Below, one piece after another: positions 1-11,895 of a stretch of 64,000 nucleotides of DNA. The DNA is from Prorocentrum cordatum (Eukaryota). The DNA lies in NCBI GenBank assembly GCA_963575745.1, contig CAUYUJ010000157.1, positions 1-64,000 on the forward strand, given 5' to 3'. Position numbers and translations under genes: made by a program. Within the stretch, counting starts at the first letter, position 1; each line of letters begins with the position of its first letter. Under the pieces are notes generated by a model. That model did not search any database and was not told the origin of the DNA. It saw only the letters and a list, made by a program, of their open reading frames with translations.

Positions 1-360
1 GGCACTGATGGAAGGGGCCACCCAATGTATTGGGACGACCGCGTGAATGGCTGGGCACCAGTGGTGCCAGAAATGCTGGTGTTCGGCCCCGGCGTCCGGT
101 GCGAGGTTGCAGGCTGTCGATGCGCGCCGCGCCTGCTGGCGGCTGACGGTGACGAGGCTGAATGCGGCGCTCGCTTGGAAACCATCCGAGCAGGATGTCG
201 TCAGCGGCCATCCTGGGAGGAAGAAGGCCGTGAAGAAGGTCAGGTCGGGGACGGCCCACGGTGTGGGTGTCGCTCCGCCTGTTCCTTCCTCATCCTCCAT
301 TCCTCCTCCTCCTCCTCCTCCTCCTCCTCCTCCTCCTCCTCCTCCTCCTCCTCCTCCTCC
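1..360 (+). mobile_element. Possible 3' end of a LINE (His/Cys tail followed by (CCT)n)
   Basis: GHPMYW..WCQKCW resembles the SHDL..WFCCACG tail at about 6890-6940; frameshifted. Confidence 0.3.
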
Positions 361-1487
361 CCCATTCCTCCTCCTCCTGCGCCCCCGTCCCCGCCTCGGA
401 CCTCCGGCCTCCGAGGCTGTGAGGGGCAGCCCACATCAGAAGCCAAGAGCCTCCGGAGCGCAACAAAAGGCACTGCGGCGGAGGGCCGCGCCGTTCGAGG
501 CAGCCGCGCCTCGGGGATGGCATGGTGCGGAGTGCGCCGCCGGCAGGTGCAGATGCGGGCTCCGACCCGTGCGAGTGGTGGCCAACGTGCTGCCTCGCGC
601 TCCGCATGCCGAACGTTGGGGGTGGGGTCAGATAGTTGCAGCGCTTTACATGCTCACGCATGTTCTCACTCGGCTGTCGCAGCAAATGTGCAGCACATAT
701 CTTGTCCCGTGTGTGCTCTTTTTTCGCACATTCGCCTCCATGGAAGAATATGTGTTGCAGCAGGCGAGCCAACTCTCATTGCTCCGACCTGTGGTGAGAG
801 TTCTCGGGATCCGAACCGGATCCTCCTCCACCTCCTCCTCCTCCTCCTCCTCCACCTCTTTCTCTGCCTCTTCCTCCCACGCCCTCCCACTCGCCGCAAA
901 GAGGTGGGCGCCGCGCCCATGGGTCGCCGTCAGGATCGGGCCCTGGAAGGCTCATCCGAGTGGGCGGGGGGGGCCGCGGCAATCGGGAACGGGCGGAGGG
1001 GTGCGAAAGGGGGGTGGAAGAGGGATGGGGGCGGGGGGCGGGAGAAGGGCGCGGCGGGCGAAAGGGGGCCGGGGCAAGGGGGGGGGAGGGCGCGGGAGGC
1101 GGGAGGGGGAATCCCAGGGGAGGCCGCCGGGGAGGGCGGAGCGGGCAGGGGGCTCGAAGAAGGGGAAGGAGGAGGAGGACGGGCGGAGCGCGTGGGGCAC
1201 CGCGTCGTGCGCAACCTCGGCCCCTGGAGGTCTGGACCCCATCCCCTGCATAGCACTGCGCCGATTCTTCTGGCTCGGAGTCGTCTCCTTGCGGCGGCCC
1301 CTGGGCCCAGCGTGAGGGTTGATGATCAAGGGCCGAGGACGGCCAGAAGCCGTCCGCCCTGACAGTCTGAAGCCGTCCGCCCCGACAGTCTCGCGCCAAG
1401 GGGGGAGGTGGGGAGAGGAGATGGGGCGGGCGGGAAGCGGTGGAGGGCGAAGGCGCGCCGCGGCGCGCCCGAGCCGCTCCGGCGCTC

Positions 1488-1535
1488 CTTGTTGTCGGAC
1501 TGGATGAAGCCCTTGAGCAGCGTCTCGGCCAGGTC
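1488..1535 (-). CDS. CLTC: Clathrin heavy chain exon DLAETLLKGFIQSDNK; gene continues left of the window
   Basis: 48 nt, acceptor ggag|, donor AAG|GA. Matches ELAEELLQWFLQEEKRE. Confidence 0.85.
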
Positions 1536-1985
1536 CTCCCCGCCCTCCGGCTGCCTCTTGCCCTCTTGCCCCCCCCCCCCCCTTCCTTCGGGCAGCGCCA
1601 GGCGGGGGGGGGGGGCGGGGCACCACCTGGGGGGGGGGGCACCGGCTCTCCCTGAGGATCCAGGCTCTGGGATCGAAGCTCGAGGATGTTTTTGGGGACT
1701 TTGACGAGGGTCTGCAGTGCTCTGGGGGGCCCAGTCTCCCGTGCAGGAGGCCCAGAGGACCGGCCAAAGATGCCACAATCGATGCTCATATGTTCTCGTA
1801 TGGCTTTGGCAGTCTCGCCTGTCCGGCCAGAAAAAAGCCCAAGCCGGCCACGAAGGCTCCCGAGGTCTCCCCAGGTGGGCCAGATGATACCAAGAGGTGC
1901 CCCGAGGCGCCTCCCAGACGGCCCCGCACGGCGCCGAAGACAGGGAACACGAACTGACATCTCGACCCCCGCGCCCCACGATTCA

Positions 1986-2147
1986 AGGGGCCCTGGGACA
2001 CCCAAACAAGTACACACAAACAAGGAGATGCCCCCTATTTTCCCATATTTTCTGGGCTTTTTTTTGTCTTCCCGCCCAATTCCTATATTTTCCCCTCTTT
2101 TCGGGGGAACCGACGATTCACTGTGTCGGTGTGTTTTTCCCCCCTCC
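1986..2147. mobile_element. MITE family 5 (AGGGGCCCTGGGAC...CCCTCC, 3-bp TNA-type TSD; PIF/Harbinger-like)
   Basis: Copies: 14727-14884 (TGA/TGA), 25115-25264 (TGA/TGA), 29668-29818 (TAA/TCA), 30366-30803 (CGA/CGA, expanded), 61977-62129 (TGA/TGA). Confidence 0.8.
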
Positions 2148-2588
2148 TGAACGATGGCCTCCGAGCCCGCCGCTCCTCCGATCGCCTCTGGAGAGCGCGC
2201 TGCGACAGGGACTCCGACACCAGTCCAGCCCGTGGCGGCGAGGGACGCGCAGCGGCGTCGGTGTCTTTAATTCCCCCGTACATATGGCCGCACACGCTCC
2301 GCTCCGGCCGAGGGGCAGAGGATCGGAGGGAGACCGGCTCCGAGGGGGGCTTGCGTCGGCTCGGGATCGGCGGCGCATCGCCCATAGATCGGCGATAGGC
2401 CCCCGACAGCGAGTCCAGGGCGGGGGGGGGGCCTAGCGGCGAGGCGAGGACCGGGCGAGTGGAGGTCCATGCGTCCCCCCGCACACACACACACACACAC
2501 ACACACACGGCCGAGGGGCAAAGGATCGGAGGGAGACCGGCTCCGAGGGGGGCTACGTCGGCTTGGAATCGGCGACGCATCGCCGATG

Positions 2589-2764
2589 CAGTCGAGGCGT
2601 TGACCCAAGGAGCCCCAAAGAAGGAACGAGGCCCCTATTTTCCATAAGTGGAGCTTCGATTTCGTATCGAAGACCTGCGGGAAATCCGAGGCAAGCTGCG
2701 AAACAATTAAGGAACACGGAGCCCTTCCCCAACGAAAAGGGCTCCCTCTTCAGGGCCCCGACTG
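2589..2764. mobile_element. Tc1/mariner-like MITE (CAGTCGGGGC..TGA TIR); second copy at 27483-27658
   Basis: The empty site (..CCCA TA GATCGGCG) is visible in the adjacent tandem duplicate at about 2385. Confidence 0.82.
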
Positions 2765-3409
2765 TAGATCGGCGATAGGCCCCCGACAGCGAGTTCAGGG
2801 CGGGGGGGGGGCCTAGCGGCGATGACTGGGCGAGTGGAGGTCCATGCGTCCCCCCGCACGCACCCCCCCCCCCCGTGGTCTTCGGGCCACGCGTAAGGGG
2901 GAGGTCTCCTCATCTCTCCTCTCTCCTCCTTCTCCTCCTCCTCCTCCTCCTCCTCCTCCTCGTCCTCCTCCTCCTCCTTTTTCTTCCTCCTTCTCCTCCT
3001 CCTCCTCCTCCTCCTCCTCCCCCTCCTCCCCTCCTCCATCATCTCCTCCTCTATCCTCCTCCTCATCCTCCTGCCTCCTCCTTCCCCTCCTCCTCCTCCT
3101 CCTCCCCTCCTTCTGACTCTGCTCAAACTCCTCCTCCTCCCCTCCTCCTTCCTCCTGCAACTGCCTCTCCTACCTGCCTCCTCCTCCTCCTCCTCCTCCT
3201 CCTCTTCCTGGCACCCGTTCGGGGCGATCTTGGGCACCCGTTCGGGGCGCTCTCGGCGAGGCGCAGCTGCTGGAGAGCGATCCCCCGAGGCTGGCAGACC
3301 GCCGAGAACCGGTGACATCGCCAGAGAAAGGCCCGGGCCTCGAACCTGTCGTCCCTCCAGAGGCGAGGCGGGGGTTGATCCTGGGGGTTCGATCTTCGGA
3401 ACCTCGGCA

Positions 3410-3595
3410 CCCAGACCCCCTCGAGTAATGAAAAAATCATGACGGGATGTTTTTCCTAATTTTCGGCCTCCGGGGGCCCTCACCGGGCCTCGGGAGCGTC
3501 AAAAACCGACTCAGGATGCAAAGCCGGTCATGGGTAAAGGGTCCAGACCTCTGGGGGTCGACGTAGTGAAAAAATCATTACGTCGGGGGTCTGGG
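3410..3595. mobile_element. MITE family 2 (CCCAGAC...GTCTGGG, 2-bp TSD; CACTA/CMC-like)
   Basis: TSD CA. Other copies: 10486-10671 (GA), 11805-12371 (GA), 12761-13130 (GA), 13245-13432 (TC), 22308-22492 (AA), partial 34791-34940. Confidence 0.88.
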
Positions 3596-3984
3596 CAGGC
3601 GGGAGGCATGTCGATCTATCTTTTTGCAGGCAAGGCTGGACGGGAAACCGGCTGTGCAGACGGAATAGAATTCAGAGCATGCAGGGTCGCCTCCGCAAGC
3701 CTGGGCTTGGCCGAGGCTACCTGCCGCCATCAGCCGAGCCGCCCGCCGAGCATCTCCCCCTGAGCCAATCCCCCCTTAAAGTTCCCACTGACCATTCGTT
3801 TGCTCAGGTGCTGCGGGGGGCTCGGCCGGCCTCGGAGGCACACACCGTGCGCGAGCGGGTGGTGCGCACCGAGGAGAGGCGCCGCGAACGAGCATCGCGC
3901 GGGCACCCAGGGCACGGAGGCCGGGAGCAAGGGTCTCCCCCCTTTTCCTCCTCCTCCTCCTCCTCTCTCTCCTCCTCCTTCTCC

Positions 3985-4016
<32 letters not shown>

Positions 4017-4889
4017 CTCCTCCTCCTCCTCAATTCTTTTTCATTGTGAATGTCTCATCCCTGTCGCACCCCGAGGGCAGTCGGAAGGGCGGGCTGGGCG
4101 TTTCGCCTGAGACTTCCTCACCATTTATGAGCCTCAAGGTTGTCACATTGCAACAGCTTCGCAGATGGAGGGCGGGTGGTTTTCAACATTGGATTGAAGG
4201 CGGGTGGTTTCCAACATGCGCCGCGCACATTCGTTTCAAACATGTGTAAGTGATTCACGGATTGAGGGCAGGTGCTTTTCAAAATGTGGCTCTCGCCTTC
4301 GCGCCGCCCACATTGGTTTTCAAACATTGCAAGAGCTTTGCGAATTGAGGGCGGCTGCTTTTCAACATGTTTCTCTCGCCTTAGCGCCTCGCGCATTCGC
4401 TTTGAACATTTGCAAGAGTTTCACTGGTTATTACGGTTAACGTACTGGAACCGACGTTTGGAACAATTCAGGATAGTCTGGCCCCAACAGTTACTATGTT
4501 TCGCGGCAAGAGTCAGGATAACTCGTGGCGTTGGAAACCTGAAACACACACGGTTGTCCCCCAGCGGGGCAATTCCCTCAGTGGCAACGCAGCCTTGTAT
4601 TGTCCTATGGAGAAGGAGCTTGGAGGGAGGGTGTATTCCAACATCCTTCATGAGTCTTGGGCTTACACTGGTCCTCCTCCTCCTCTTCTTCTTCCTCCTC
4701 CACCTCCTGCTCCGCCTCCCCATCCCCCTCCTCCTCCTCCTCCTCCTCCTCCTCCTCCTCCTCCTCCTCCTCCTCCCCCTCCTCCCCCTTCTCCTCCCCT
4801 CATCCTCCCCCTCCCCCTCCTCGTCCTCGCCTCCTCCTTCCGCCTCCTCGTCCTCCTCCTCATCCACCTTCTCCCCCTTCTCCGGACGC

Positions 4890-7209
4890 AAGCTTATGCA
4901 GTGTCGTAGGCATTTGGCGGCAGTGTTCAGTGCAGGTAGCAAGGGTGCTTGTGTGACGTCGCTGCTTTCGATTCGCGAAGGGTTTCGTGATCCTGGTGTT
5001 GTATTACCGTCTGAAGTTCTATCTTTGTGGCTGCATCAATGGTTTGGGCATCCCCATATTCGTCCGTCTATCCATCGAGCATGACCTAAGATGTTGGAAA
5101 GGCTGTTGGCGATGCCCCCGAATAGGCGATCTCGGTGGGCTAAGGGACCAATGTCGGCAACTATTATTACCTTGCTTGAGAGAGGGTGGTTCCCTGAGAC
5201 TCCTACGAGGTGGAGGCTGTCTGCTGCCTGATGATGTTTCGGGGGAGTTCCCCGAGGATAAGCATCACGACCACATGGCGTTGAACAACCTCAGTGGGTT
5301 CTTTGCTGATTTTCATGTTACTGCCTAGCGCGAAGATTGGAAGACCGCAGCCAATCATTTCTGTGGGGCTCAATTTTCTTTGCAGCTCATCTTGAAGTAT
5401 CTTGAGGCCTTACCCAAGGGTCGAAGGCTCGCCGAGGCAATGGTCACCATTGCAGCGGGAGGGGCCTGGCCTCGCAAACGACGTGCCGCATTTGCGTCCA
5501 AGGTTGCTGTTTCCCCTGTGTGTATTCGGTGCAAGCAAGAGGTGGAGATCCCACTTCACCGCAGTTGGACATGCTCACAGAACAAGGAGGCGGAAGCGTA
5601 CGCTCGTTCTGAGGAGTTGATGCCCCTTGCGATCGCCCAGCACGAGATGTATGCTGCGTGTTGGCTCAGGGGTGTCATTCCCAGGGCGTGGACTGCGATG
5701 CCTCCTCCCGCGGAGGTGGAGGATTGGGAAGTCTGGGGTGAGATCGGAGCCAGTAACGACGGGGTCCTCCACGGTGTCTTGGGCCCAAGGTCCCCTTCTG
5801 CTCCCGTGGTGCTATTCGGAGATGCTAGCGGGGGGCCCGACTCGCGCGAGGCCCGTCTCAGACGCGTAGGATGCGGTTTGATTCGGGTGAAGTCGGAGTT
5901 CGATGACACATTGACCTCTGTGTTGATGGGGCCCCTGGTGGGTCGCAATCAGTCTGTGCCTCGAGGCGAATTACGTATGCTGCTGATGGCGCTGGAGGTC
6001 AAAGTTGATCATGTTGTGTGTGCGACCGATAATCTGAATGTGCATTCGGGATGGCACATTCGTGACTATTTGTGCCCTCGAAGCGGAGAGCTGGCTGACT
6101 TGTGGGCGTCGGTCGGCGAGCAGATGCGGGGCAGGGATCCAGGTCATGTTGCTTTGTTACTTGTGAACTCGCACGAGACTGAGGGGGAGCTCGTTGAGGC
6201 TGGAACCCCCAGTTGGCTGGTGCAGGGTGCTGCCACGGCGGGTGTCGTGGCGGGGGAGGCGGCCGCCGGGGCGAGAGCCAGTGGAGCGGAGAGGGGTCGG
6301 CTTGCTGGGGCTGAGGAGCAGGCTTCCAGAGCGAGGAGGCGTCTGCTGAGGGCCCACGTCGACGCGCTCGAGGCCGGGGGCGAGGCCAACAAGGCAGGCC
6401 GGGCGCGCGAGCGTGCTGTTTTGTGCGGGGCAGCGCGAGGGAAGGAGAGGGGTGTGCCTCCGTTCCTCCCCCCTCCCCCTGCTCCGATCAGTCGGGCCCA
6501 GATTCTGAGGCCTACAGGGCGGGTTCTAATACATATGATTTTCTGAGAACGTAGGATTTTAATGCATGATTAATGTATGCATAAATGTATGCACGAGCTC
6601 ATTGTTGTTTTTAATGCTAGACCCTGCATTTTCAATACATGATCCGCACGCGGAGCATGTATCAAAAGCGGCACTGCAGGGCCAGTGCTGTTTCAACGTT
6701 TTCCAGTGCCCACGTGCTGGATGAGTCTGGCAGGCGGTGCCGGCGGTGCAGAGGGTCCTCGGCCAAAGGGAGCTTGAACAAGTGGCTGGCCTCCCCGTGT
6801 TTCCAGCTGGCTTCGGTGGACGATTCCCTCCGGGCGTTGCCCCCCGGTCGTGAGTTGCACATCGCGGGGGGGTGGGCCTGTCGTAGTCACGACCTCAGGT
6901 TTCACACCGTTGTGCATGTATGGTTCTGTTGTGCGTGCGGTGGCATGTTTTGTGTTCAGCAGCTTGTGGGGTTGGGTAAGTTGCGTAGTCATGCCCCCTC
7001 TGCTACTCAGATCACATACCTTGGCAGGCTTAGGCAAGGGCTATGGCCCAAGGTCTATAGCAAGGCCGAGCAGAGCAGGAGAGCGCTGAAGGGGCTCCCT
7101 GTGCAGTAAAGTAAGCGTGGTTGGACGATGTCCAGGGACTCACTCACTCACTCACTCACTCACTCACTCACTCACTCACTCACTCACTCACTCACTCACT
7201 CACTCACTC
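4890..7209 (+). mobile_element. Decayed non-LTR retrotransposon 3' part: zinc knuckle, RNase H, Cys/His-rich tail and (ACTC)n terminus
   Basis: CIRC..H..WTC, then FGDASGG, PRGE, ATDN, LADLW and VNSH RNase H motifs; the last catalytic Asp is lost (GAATAG). Stops at about 5082 and 5326; AT-rich insertion at about 6510-6660; (ACTC)n 7137-7209 directly after the stop. Confidence 0.8.
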
Positions 7210-7450
7210 TCCTCCTTCTCCTCGTCCTCCTTCCCCCTCCTCTTCCGCCTCCTGAGGTTATCGGCCGTTGGCCAATTCAAGAGGCTCCGTGCCGAATGCA
7301 CAGGCCGTTCGAGAGGCAAAGCGCAGGAGTAGAGGTCGAGGGTGAAGCGAGGGCTCCACCCCAGGATCCCAGGCATCGACCATCCAGGAGATATGTTCTC
7401 CTCTGGTGGCAGGGCGTTCGTTACTAACCGTCGTCCTGCACTTGCCTGCT

Positions 7451-7489
<39 letters not shown>

Positions 7490-8063
7490 GAAACCAAAAA
7501 ACATGTGTTACATGTACTGTTTTACTGTTATTGTCATGTGTCGTCCTGCACGTGTCTGCCTTGGGGGGCCTGCGCGCCGGTTGGCGAGCAGCCGGGGTGA
7601 GAACCGGTGGCAGCATGCATCGGCAGCCCCGCCGGGCGGCAGCTGAGCAGGGAGTGCGCTGACGCCCGGGAGAGCCGAGGATGGCACTGCGACGACCTGC
7701 CGGAGAGTGGGCAGAGACGCAGGACCGCAGACATGGCTGAGATCGAGTGGCAACGTCTTCGCCCCATCACAGGGGGCGTGGCAACGCGGACGCTGCCATC
7801 CGTGACGGCACGAAGCAGGGCAAGCGACGTGCGCCTGCACAGACATAGCTGGCAAACTAAAGTACCGAGCCCGCACTCGAGCAGAGCCTCCCCACGGAGC
7901 CTGCAGCAGAAACACAATTTGAGTTGCGGGGGCTGCCATGCTTGCACTTGCTTTTTAGCTCGCCCGACTGCGGCAGAATCGTCCTTGCCAAGTGCATGCG
8001 TAAAGGTTTGTTTAGCCGGAACTTGTTTAGCCTGAGGATCCTGGTCCGAACGGGCTCCCCCGC

Positions 8064-10332
8064 TCAGAAACTCAAGTAGCCCTCCCGGCCGCCCCAGGCG
8101 GACCGCAGCCTCGCCTCCGCCCCGCCGCCAACCCTGTTGCCGTAAAGGTACAGCTCCTTCAGGCCGGGCGCCGAAGGCAGTGCCCTCGCCATGGCCTCAG
8201 CGCCCACGTCGCCCAGGGCGCTGTTGCCCAGGTTCAAGAGCTCCATCGTGGGCACGGAGCACAAAGCACCCGCAAGGGCCTCGGCGCCCGCGTCGCCCAG
8301 GCCGTTGTCGGCCAGGACCAGGGTCCGCAGGTCGGGCATGGAGGGCAGCGCCCCCGCCAGGGCCGCGGCGCCCGCGGCGCCCAGGCCGTTGCTGTTCAGG
8401 CGCAGGGCCCGCAGGGCGGGCGCGGAGGGCAGCGCCCCCGCCAGGGCCTGGGCGCCCGCGTCGCCCAGGCCGTTGCTGAACAGGCCGAGCGTCCGCAGGG
8501 AGGGCATGGAGGGCAGCGCCCCCGCCAGGGCCTCGGCACCCGCGGGGCCGAGGGCGTTCTCGGCCAGGTCCAGCAGCTGCAGTGCGGGCGTGGAGCGCAG
8601 CACCGCAGCCAAGGCCTCGGCGCCCACGTCGCCCAGGCCGTTGCCGCTCAAGCGGAGCTCCCGCAGGTTGGGCGTGGAGTGCAGCGCCCCCGCCAGGGCC
8701 TTGGCGCCCGAGTCGCCCAGGGTGTTCCCGTCCAGGTCCAGCTGCTGCAAGCTGGGCATGGACGGCAGCGCACCTGCAAGTGCCTCGGCGCCCGCGTCGC
8801 TCAGGGCGTTGTCGCTCAGGTATAGCTTCTGCAAGGCGGGCATGCAGGGCAATGCGGTTGCCAGGGCCTCGGCACCCGCGTCGCCAATTTTGCAATTCAT
8901 CAGGTCCAGCCACTCCAGGCGGGCGCACAGCCGCAGGCAGCCAGCGAGCCCCGCCGCCTGCTCGGGTGTCGGGGGCGGCATCCCGTCGAAGTCCAGCTTC
9001 GTCACGCCGCCCAGCTGCGCGCAGCTCATCCGGCGGAAGAGCGCTTTCACCGCCTCCCGGTCGGCGCCGTTGGTAAAAGACCTGTCTTCGATGAGTTGGT
9101 CGAACTGGTCTGGGCCTACTGGCCACCCCCTGCCGGCCTTCGTCGCCCCCGACCGCTTCCCCAGATCGGCCACGGCGGGCCACTTCGCGTCATGGCGAAA
9201 GACCTGCTTGATCTGCTCCGCGGAGCAACGCTCGTACGTTGTCCAGCCTGACTTATCGTACCCGCACTCACGTGCGCTGCCCCGCTCTCGGGGATGCTGC
9301 GTCAGCAAGAAGACGGTGGTGGCCTGGTGGGCGTACCACAGGTCCATCGTCTCGTGCAAGGCATGCTTGAACGCCGCCTTCTCAGCAGGGGTGCGCTTGG
9401 CCTCGTCCGCGGCCTCCTGGGCCTCCTTCTCACATTTGCCCTCCCGCAGGGCGGCGTTCTTCGCCTCCTCTGCCCTGGCAGGGTCGCCCTGCGGCAGCGA
9501 AAGCCAGTCCCAGAACACGCCCATCTCGCTGAATCCCTGGAAGGTGCCCGACGGTTGGGAGTACTTGCCGCGCTCTTCTTCCAGCGTCTCGATGACCAGG
9601 TTCAGCTGAAGCCCCTTGGGGTCGGGGTGCTCTCGCGCATCCCAGCAGAACGAGATCGTGATGATCGGCGCCGCTCCGTCCCCCCCTCCCTGCCCGCCCT
9701 CCTCCCAGACGGCCCTGAGCTCCTCCGAGGACACGAACGCCTCCTCGGGCAGCTCCTGGCGCCTGGGCAGGGGAGCGCCGCGCTGCCGCAGCAGCCACGA
9801 CATGCGGACCAGACGCACCGGGTGGCAGCCTCCCACGGTGAAAGCCAGCGCATCGAACAGGATCTTGGCATCCGTGTACTTGTCCAAGCCCCGATGCTCC
9901 TCGCGCAGGCGCATGGCCTCCCGCGGCTCGAGCAGCCTCATGACAGCGACGCCTTCGACCTGCAGCGGCAGGAAGCGATCGCCGACCCTGACCCAGCCGC
10001 CCGCGTCCTCGGCGCCCTCCACGACGCTGTTCCACACGGCGCACCGTTTCCCGTCCTTGTCCTGCATGTTCCTGCTCCTCCTGTAGCCGAGCCCCCCGGT
10101 GTTGGCACCGAGCGCGCTGTTGTCGACCAGGTACGCGCCTGCAGGCTCTGCCCGCACGGCGCTGTGGCGCAGCTCGGCCAGCTCCCGCTCGATCCTCTCC
10201 ATCATCGCTTGGTGGCAGACGGCCACTTCGTGGAGGGCGCGCCTGTGGTCGCGCAGCGCATCCCACGGCTCGCCGCGCAGCGGCGCCTCGCCGGCAGCTG
10301 CCCTGGGCTGCCCGCGCCTGCTGCTGCTACCG
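8064..10332 (-). CDS. Large terminal exon of a nested gene: coiled coil, SH3-like beta domain, HET-like domain and 10 ribonuclease-inhibitor-type 28-aa LRRs
   Basis: About 755 open codons with strong GC3. LRRs LxxLxLxxNxLGDAGAEALAxAL at about 8100-8920. HET-like motifs ISFCW/HPDP, VFWDWLSLPQ, MDLWY and YDKSGWTTYE at about 9230-9820. The first about 25 aa of the supplied 782-aa ORF are MITE sequence. Confidence 0.9.
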
Positions 10333-10341
10333 CTGCTGCTG

Positions 10342-10951
10342 TTGGGTCGGGCATGCCCCCCTGCGGGCGGATTCTGGACGAAAAAGCAGAATACCCCAAA
10401 GCTCCTCAACAAATACCTCCAAAAGCACTAAGAGCATCGCCCCTGGACTAGTTGTTTGACCATTTCTGAAGCTTTGTCCTGTAGACCCAGACATGCGACG
10501 TCCTGATTTTTCAGGACCGCGTCCCCGCCGACCCACTCCCCGGGACCGGTTCTCCGTCCCGAGTCGTTTTTTGACGGTCGTCCCGGGGGCGAGGGCCCCC
10601 CGGGGCCGAACATTGCCAAAAATCTCCAGCCCTGATTTTTGTTGTTCTTCCCCGACGCGACCATGCCTGGGGAGGGACAGGCCTGACTCGGGATCCGCCC
10701 TACTTTTGGGAAACTCGCAAGTAGGGCTTGGAATTTGCTCCTTACTCTTCAGGCCCCGCTGAAGCCAATTTCCGCCCTACCTTTCTGTTGCTGTGTCCGG
10801 CCTACTTCTGTGGATCTCCGCCCTTCTTTATGTTGGGTGCAGACCTTTCCGCCCTACTGTTCGGCTGCTTATAGGTGGATTTCCGACGCAATTCTAAGTT
10901 GGGGAAAAAGCCAAAGTAGGGCGGATCTGGAGTCAGGGAGGCCCGACTTCC
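10342..10951. mobile_element. MITE family 1 (TIR ttaaGTCGGGCCTGTCCC..; 8-bp TSD) carrying two nested MITEs; forms an intron of the nested gene
   Basis: TSD TGCTGCTG / TGCTGCCG; the internal sequence matches the five other copies. Confidence 0.85.
10486..10671. mobile_element. MITE family 2 inserted in the right TIR of a family-1 MITE
   Basis: CCCAGACATG...CATGCCTGGG with TSD GA. Confidence 0.88.
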
Positions 10952-11307
10952 TGCTGCCGCCCAGGGCGGTGTGCGGGCGCGCGCCTGCGTCCGCCGAGGC
11001 GCGCGAGGCCGCCGGGCGGCCGGCGCCGGCATCTGCAGGCTCGGCCCTGACTCCAGATCCGCCCTACTTGGGCTGTTTTTCCAACGTAAAATTGCATCGA
11101 AAATCCACCTATAAGAAGCCGAGCAAGTAGGGCGGAAATTTCTGCACCCAACATAATTAGAATAGGGCGGAAATCCACAGAAGTAGGGCGGAAACCGCAA
11201 CAGAACAGTGGGGCGGAAATTGGCATCAGCGGGGCCTGAAAAGTAAGGCGGAAATTCCAAGCCCTGCTTACGAATTTCCCCAAAGTAGGGCGGATCCGGA
11301 ATCAGGG
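10681..11307. mobile_element. Inverted pair of family-4 MITEs (10681-10938 and 11045-11307; TIR CCCTGACTCC.GATCCGCCCTACTT)
   Basis: About 260-bp copies in opposite orientation with many CCGCCCTAC subterminal repeats. Copy 1 has TSD AG; copy 2 has no TSD. Confidence 0.88.
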
Positions 11308-11335
11308 ATGCCTGGGGAGGGACACGCCCGACTTC

Positions 11336-11418
11336 CTGCTGCCGCCCTGGGCGGTGTGCGGGCGCGCGCCCGCGTCCACCGCGGCGCGCGAGGCCGCCGG
11401 GCGGCCCGCGCCGGCATC
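11336..11418 (-). CDS. Putative internal exon of the nested gene (DAGAGRPAASRAAVDAGARPHTAQGGS), duplicated at 10951-11044
   Basis: In frame between the 11790 exon and the terminal exon once the TIR inserts are removed; donor AG|GA. The upstream junction is unresolved (simple GC-AG splicing leaves 2 extra nt). Confidence 0.5.
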
Positions 11419-11655
11419 TCGGGTCGGGCGCGAAAGGGGGGGGGGGATAGCAAAGGGGGGGGTTCGAGAATCAGCCCACGGAGCTGACTTTCCCGGCGCC
11501 TCCCGGCGCCGGGAGGCGCCCAAGGGGCCCCTCGGTGAGGCCGAAACCCTCCTCCTCCTCCTCCTCCTCCTCCTCCTCCTCCTCCTCCCCCTCCTCCTCC
11601 TCCCCCTCCTCCTCCCCCCCTTTCCCAATATCCCCCCTTTCGCCCGGCCCGGGCC
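11419..11655. mobile_element. TIR element (family 3; CGGGYCGGGC..GAAAGGGGGG ends)
   Basis: Absent from the duplicate copy of this site at about 11025-11040; TC is duplicated. Confidence 0.75.
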
Positions 11656-11790
11656 TCTGCAGGCTCGGGGCCGGCGGGCGGCGCCCGGCCGGGCTGCGGG
11701 GCCGCTGCTGCTGCCGAGCCGCTGGGCGCCCCTCCCGCGGGCGCCGGGAGCGCCGCGCCGCGGCGCAGCCCCGCCAGCTCCCCGTCGATC
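11656..11790 (-). CDS. Putative exon of the nested gene (R)IDGELAGLRRGAALPAPAGG...PEPA
   Basis: Acceptor tatag|G. The peptide is paralogous to RIERELAELRHSA in the terminal exon. Confidence 0.65.
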
Positions 11791-11804
11791 CTATAGGAGG
11801 AGGA

Positions 11805-11858
11805 CCCAGACATGATCGCGTCGTTGTCTTTTTGGGGGGTGGGGGGGGGGCATTTTTC

Positions 11859-11895
<37 letters not shown>

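Noticed and set aside
25..1362. Long ORFs (445, 422, 415 aa) and the many similar poly-P/E/R/G/S/L ORFs across the window
   Set aside because: They are open only because of (CCT)n/(GGA)n tracts and high GC; no domain signal.
10342..10412. N-terminus MLRSFGVFCFFVQNPP of the supplied 782-aa ORF
   Set aside because: It is family-1 MITE sequence; similar peptides appear at the 35498 and 35879 copies.
8191..10451. Plus-strand ORFs of 472 and 385 aa
   Set aside because: Antisense shadows of the GC3-rich HET-LRR exon.
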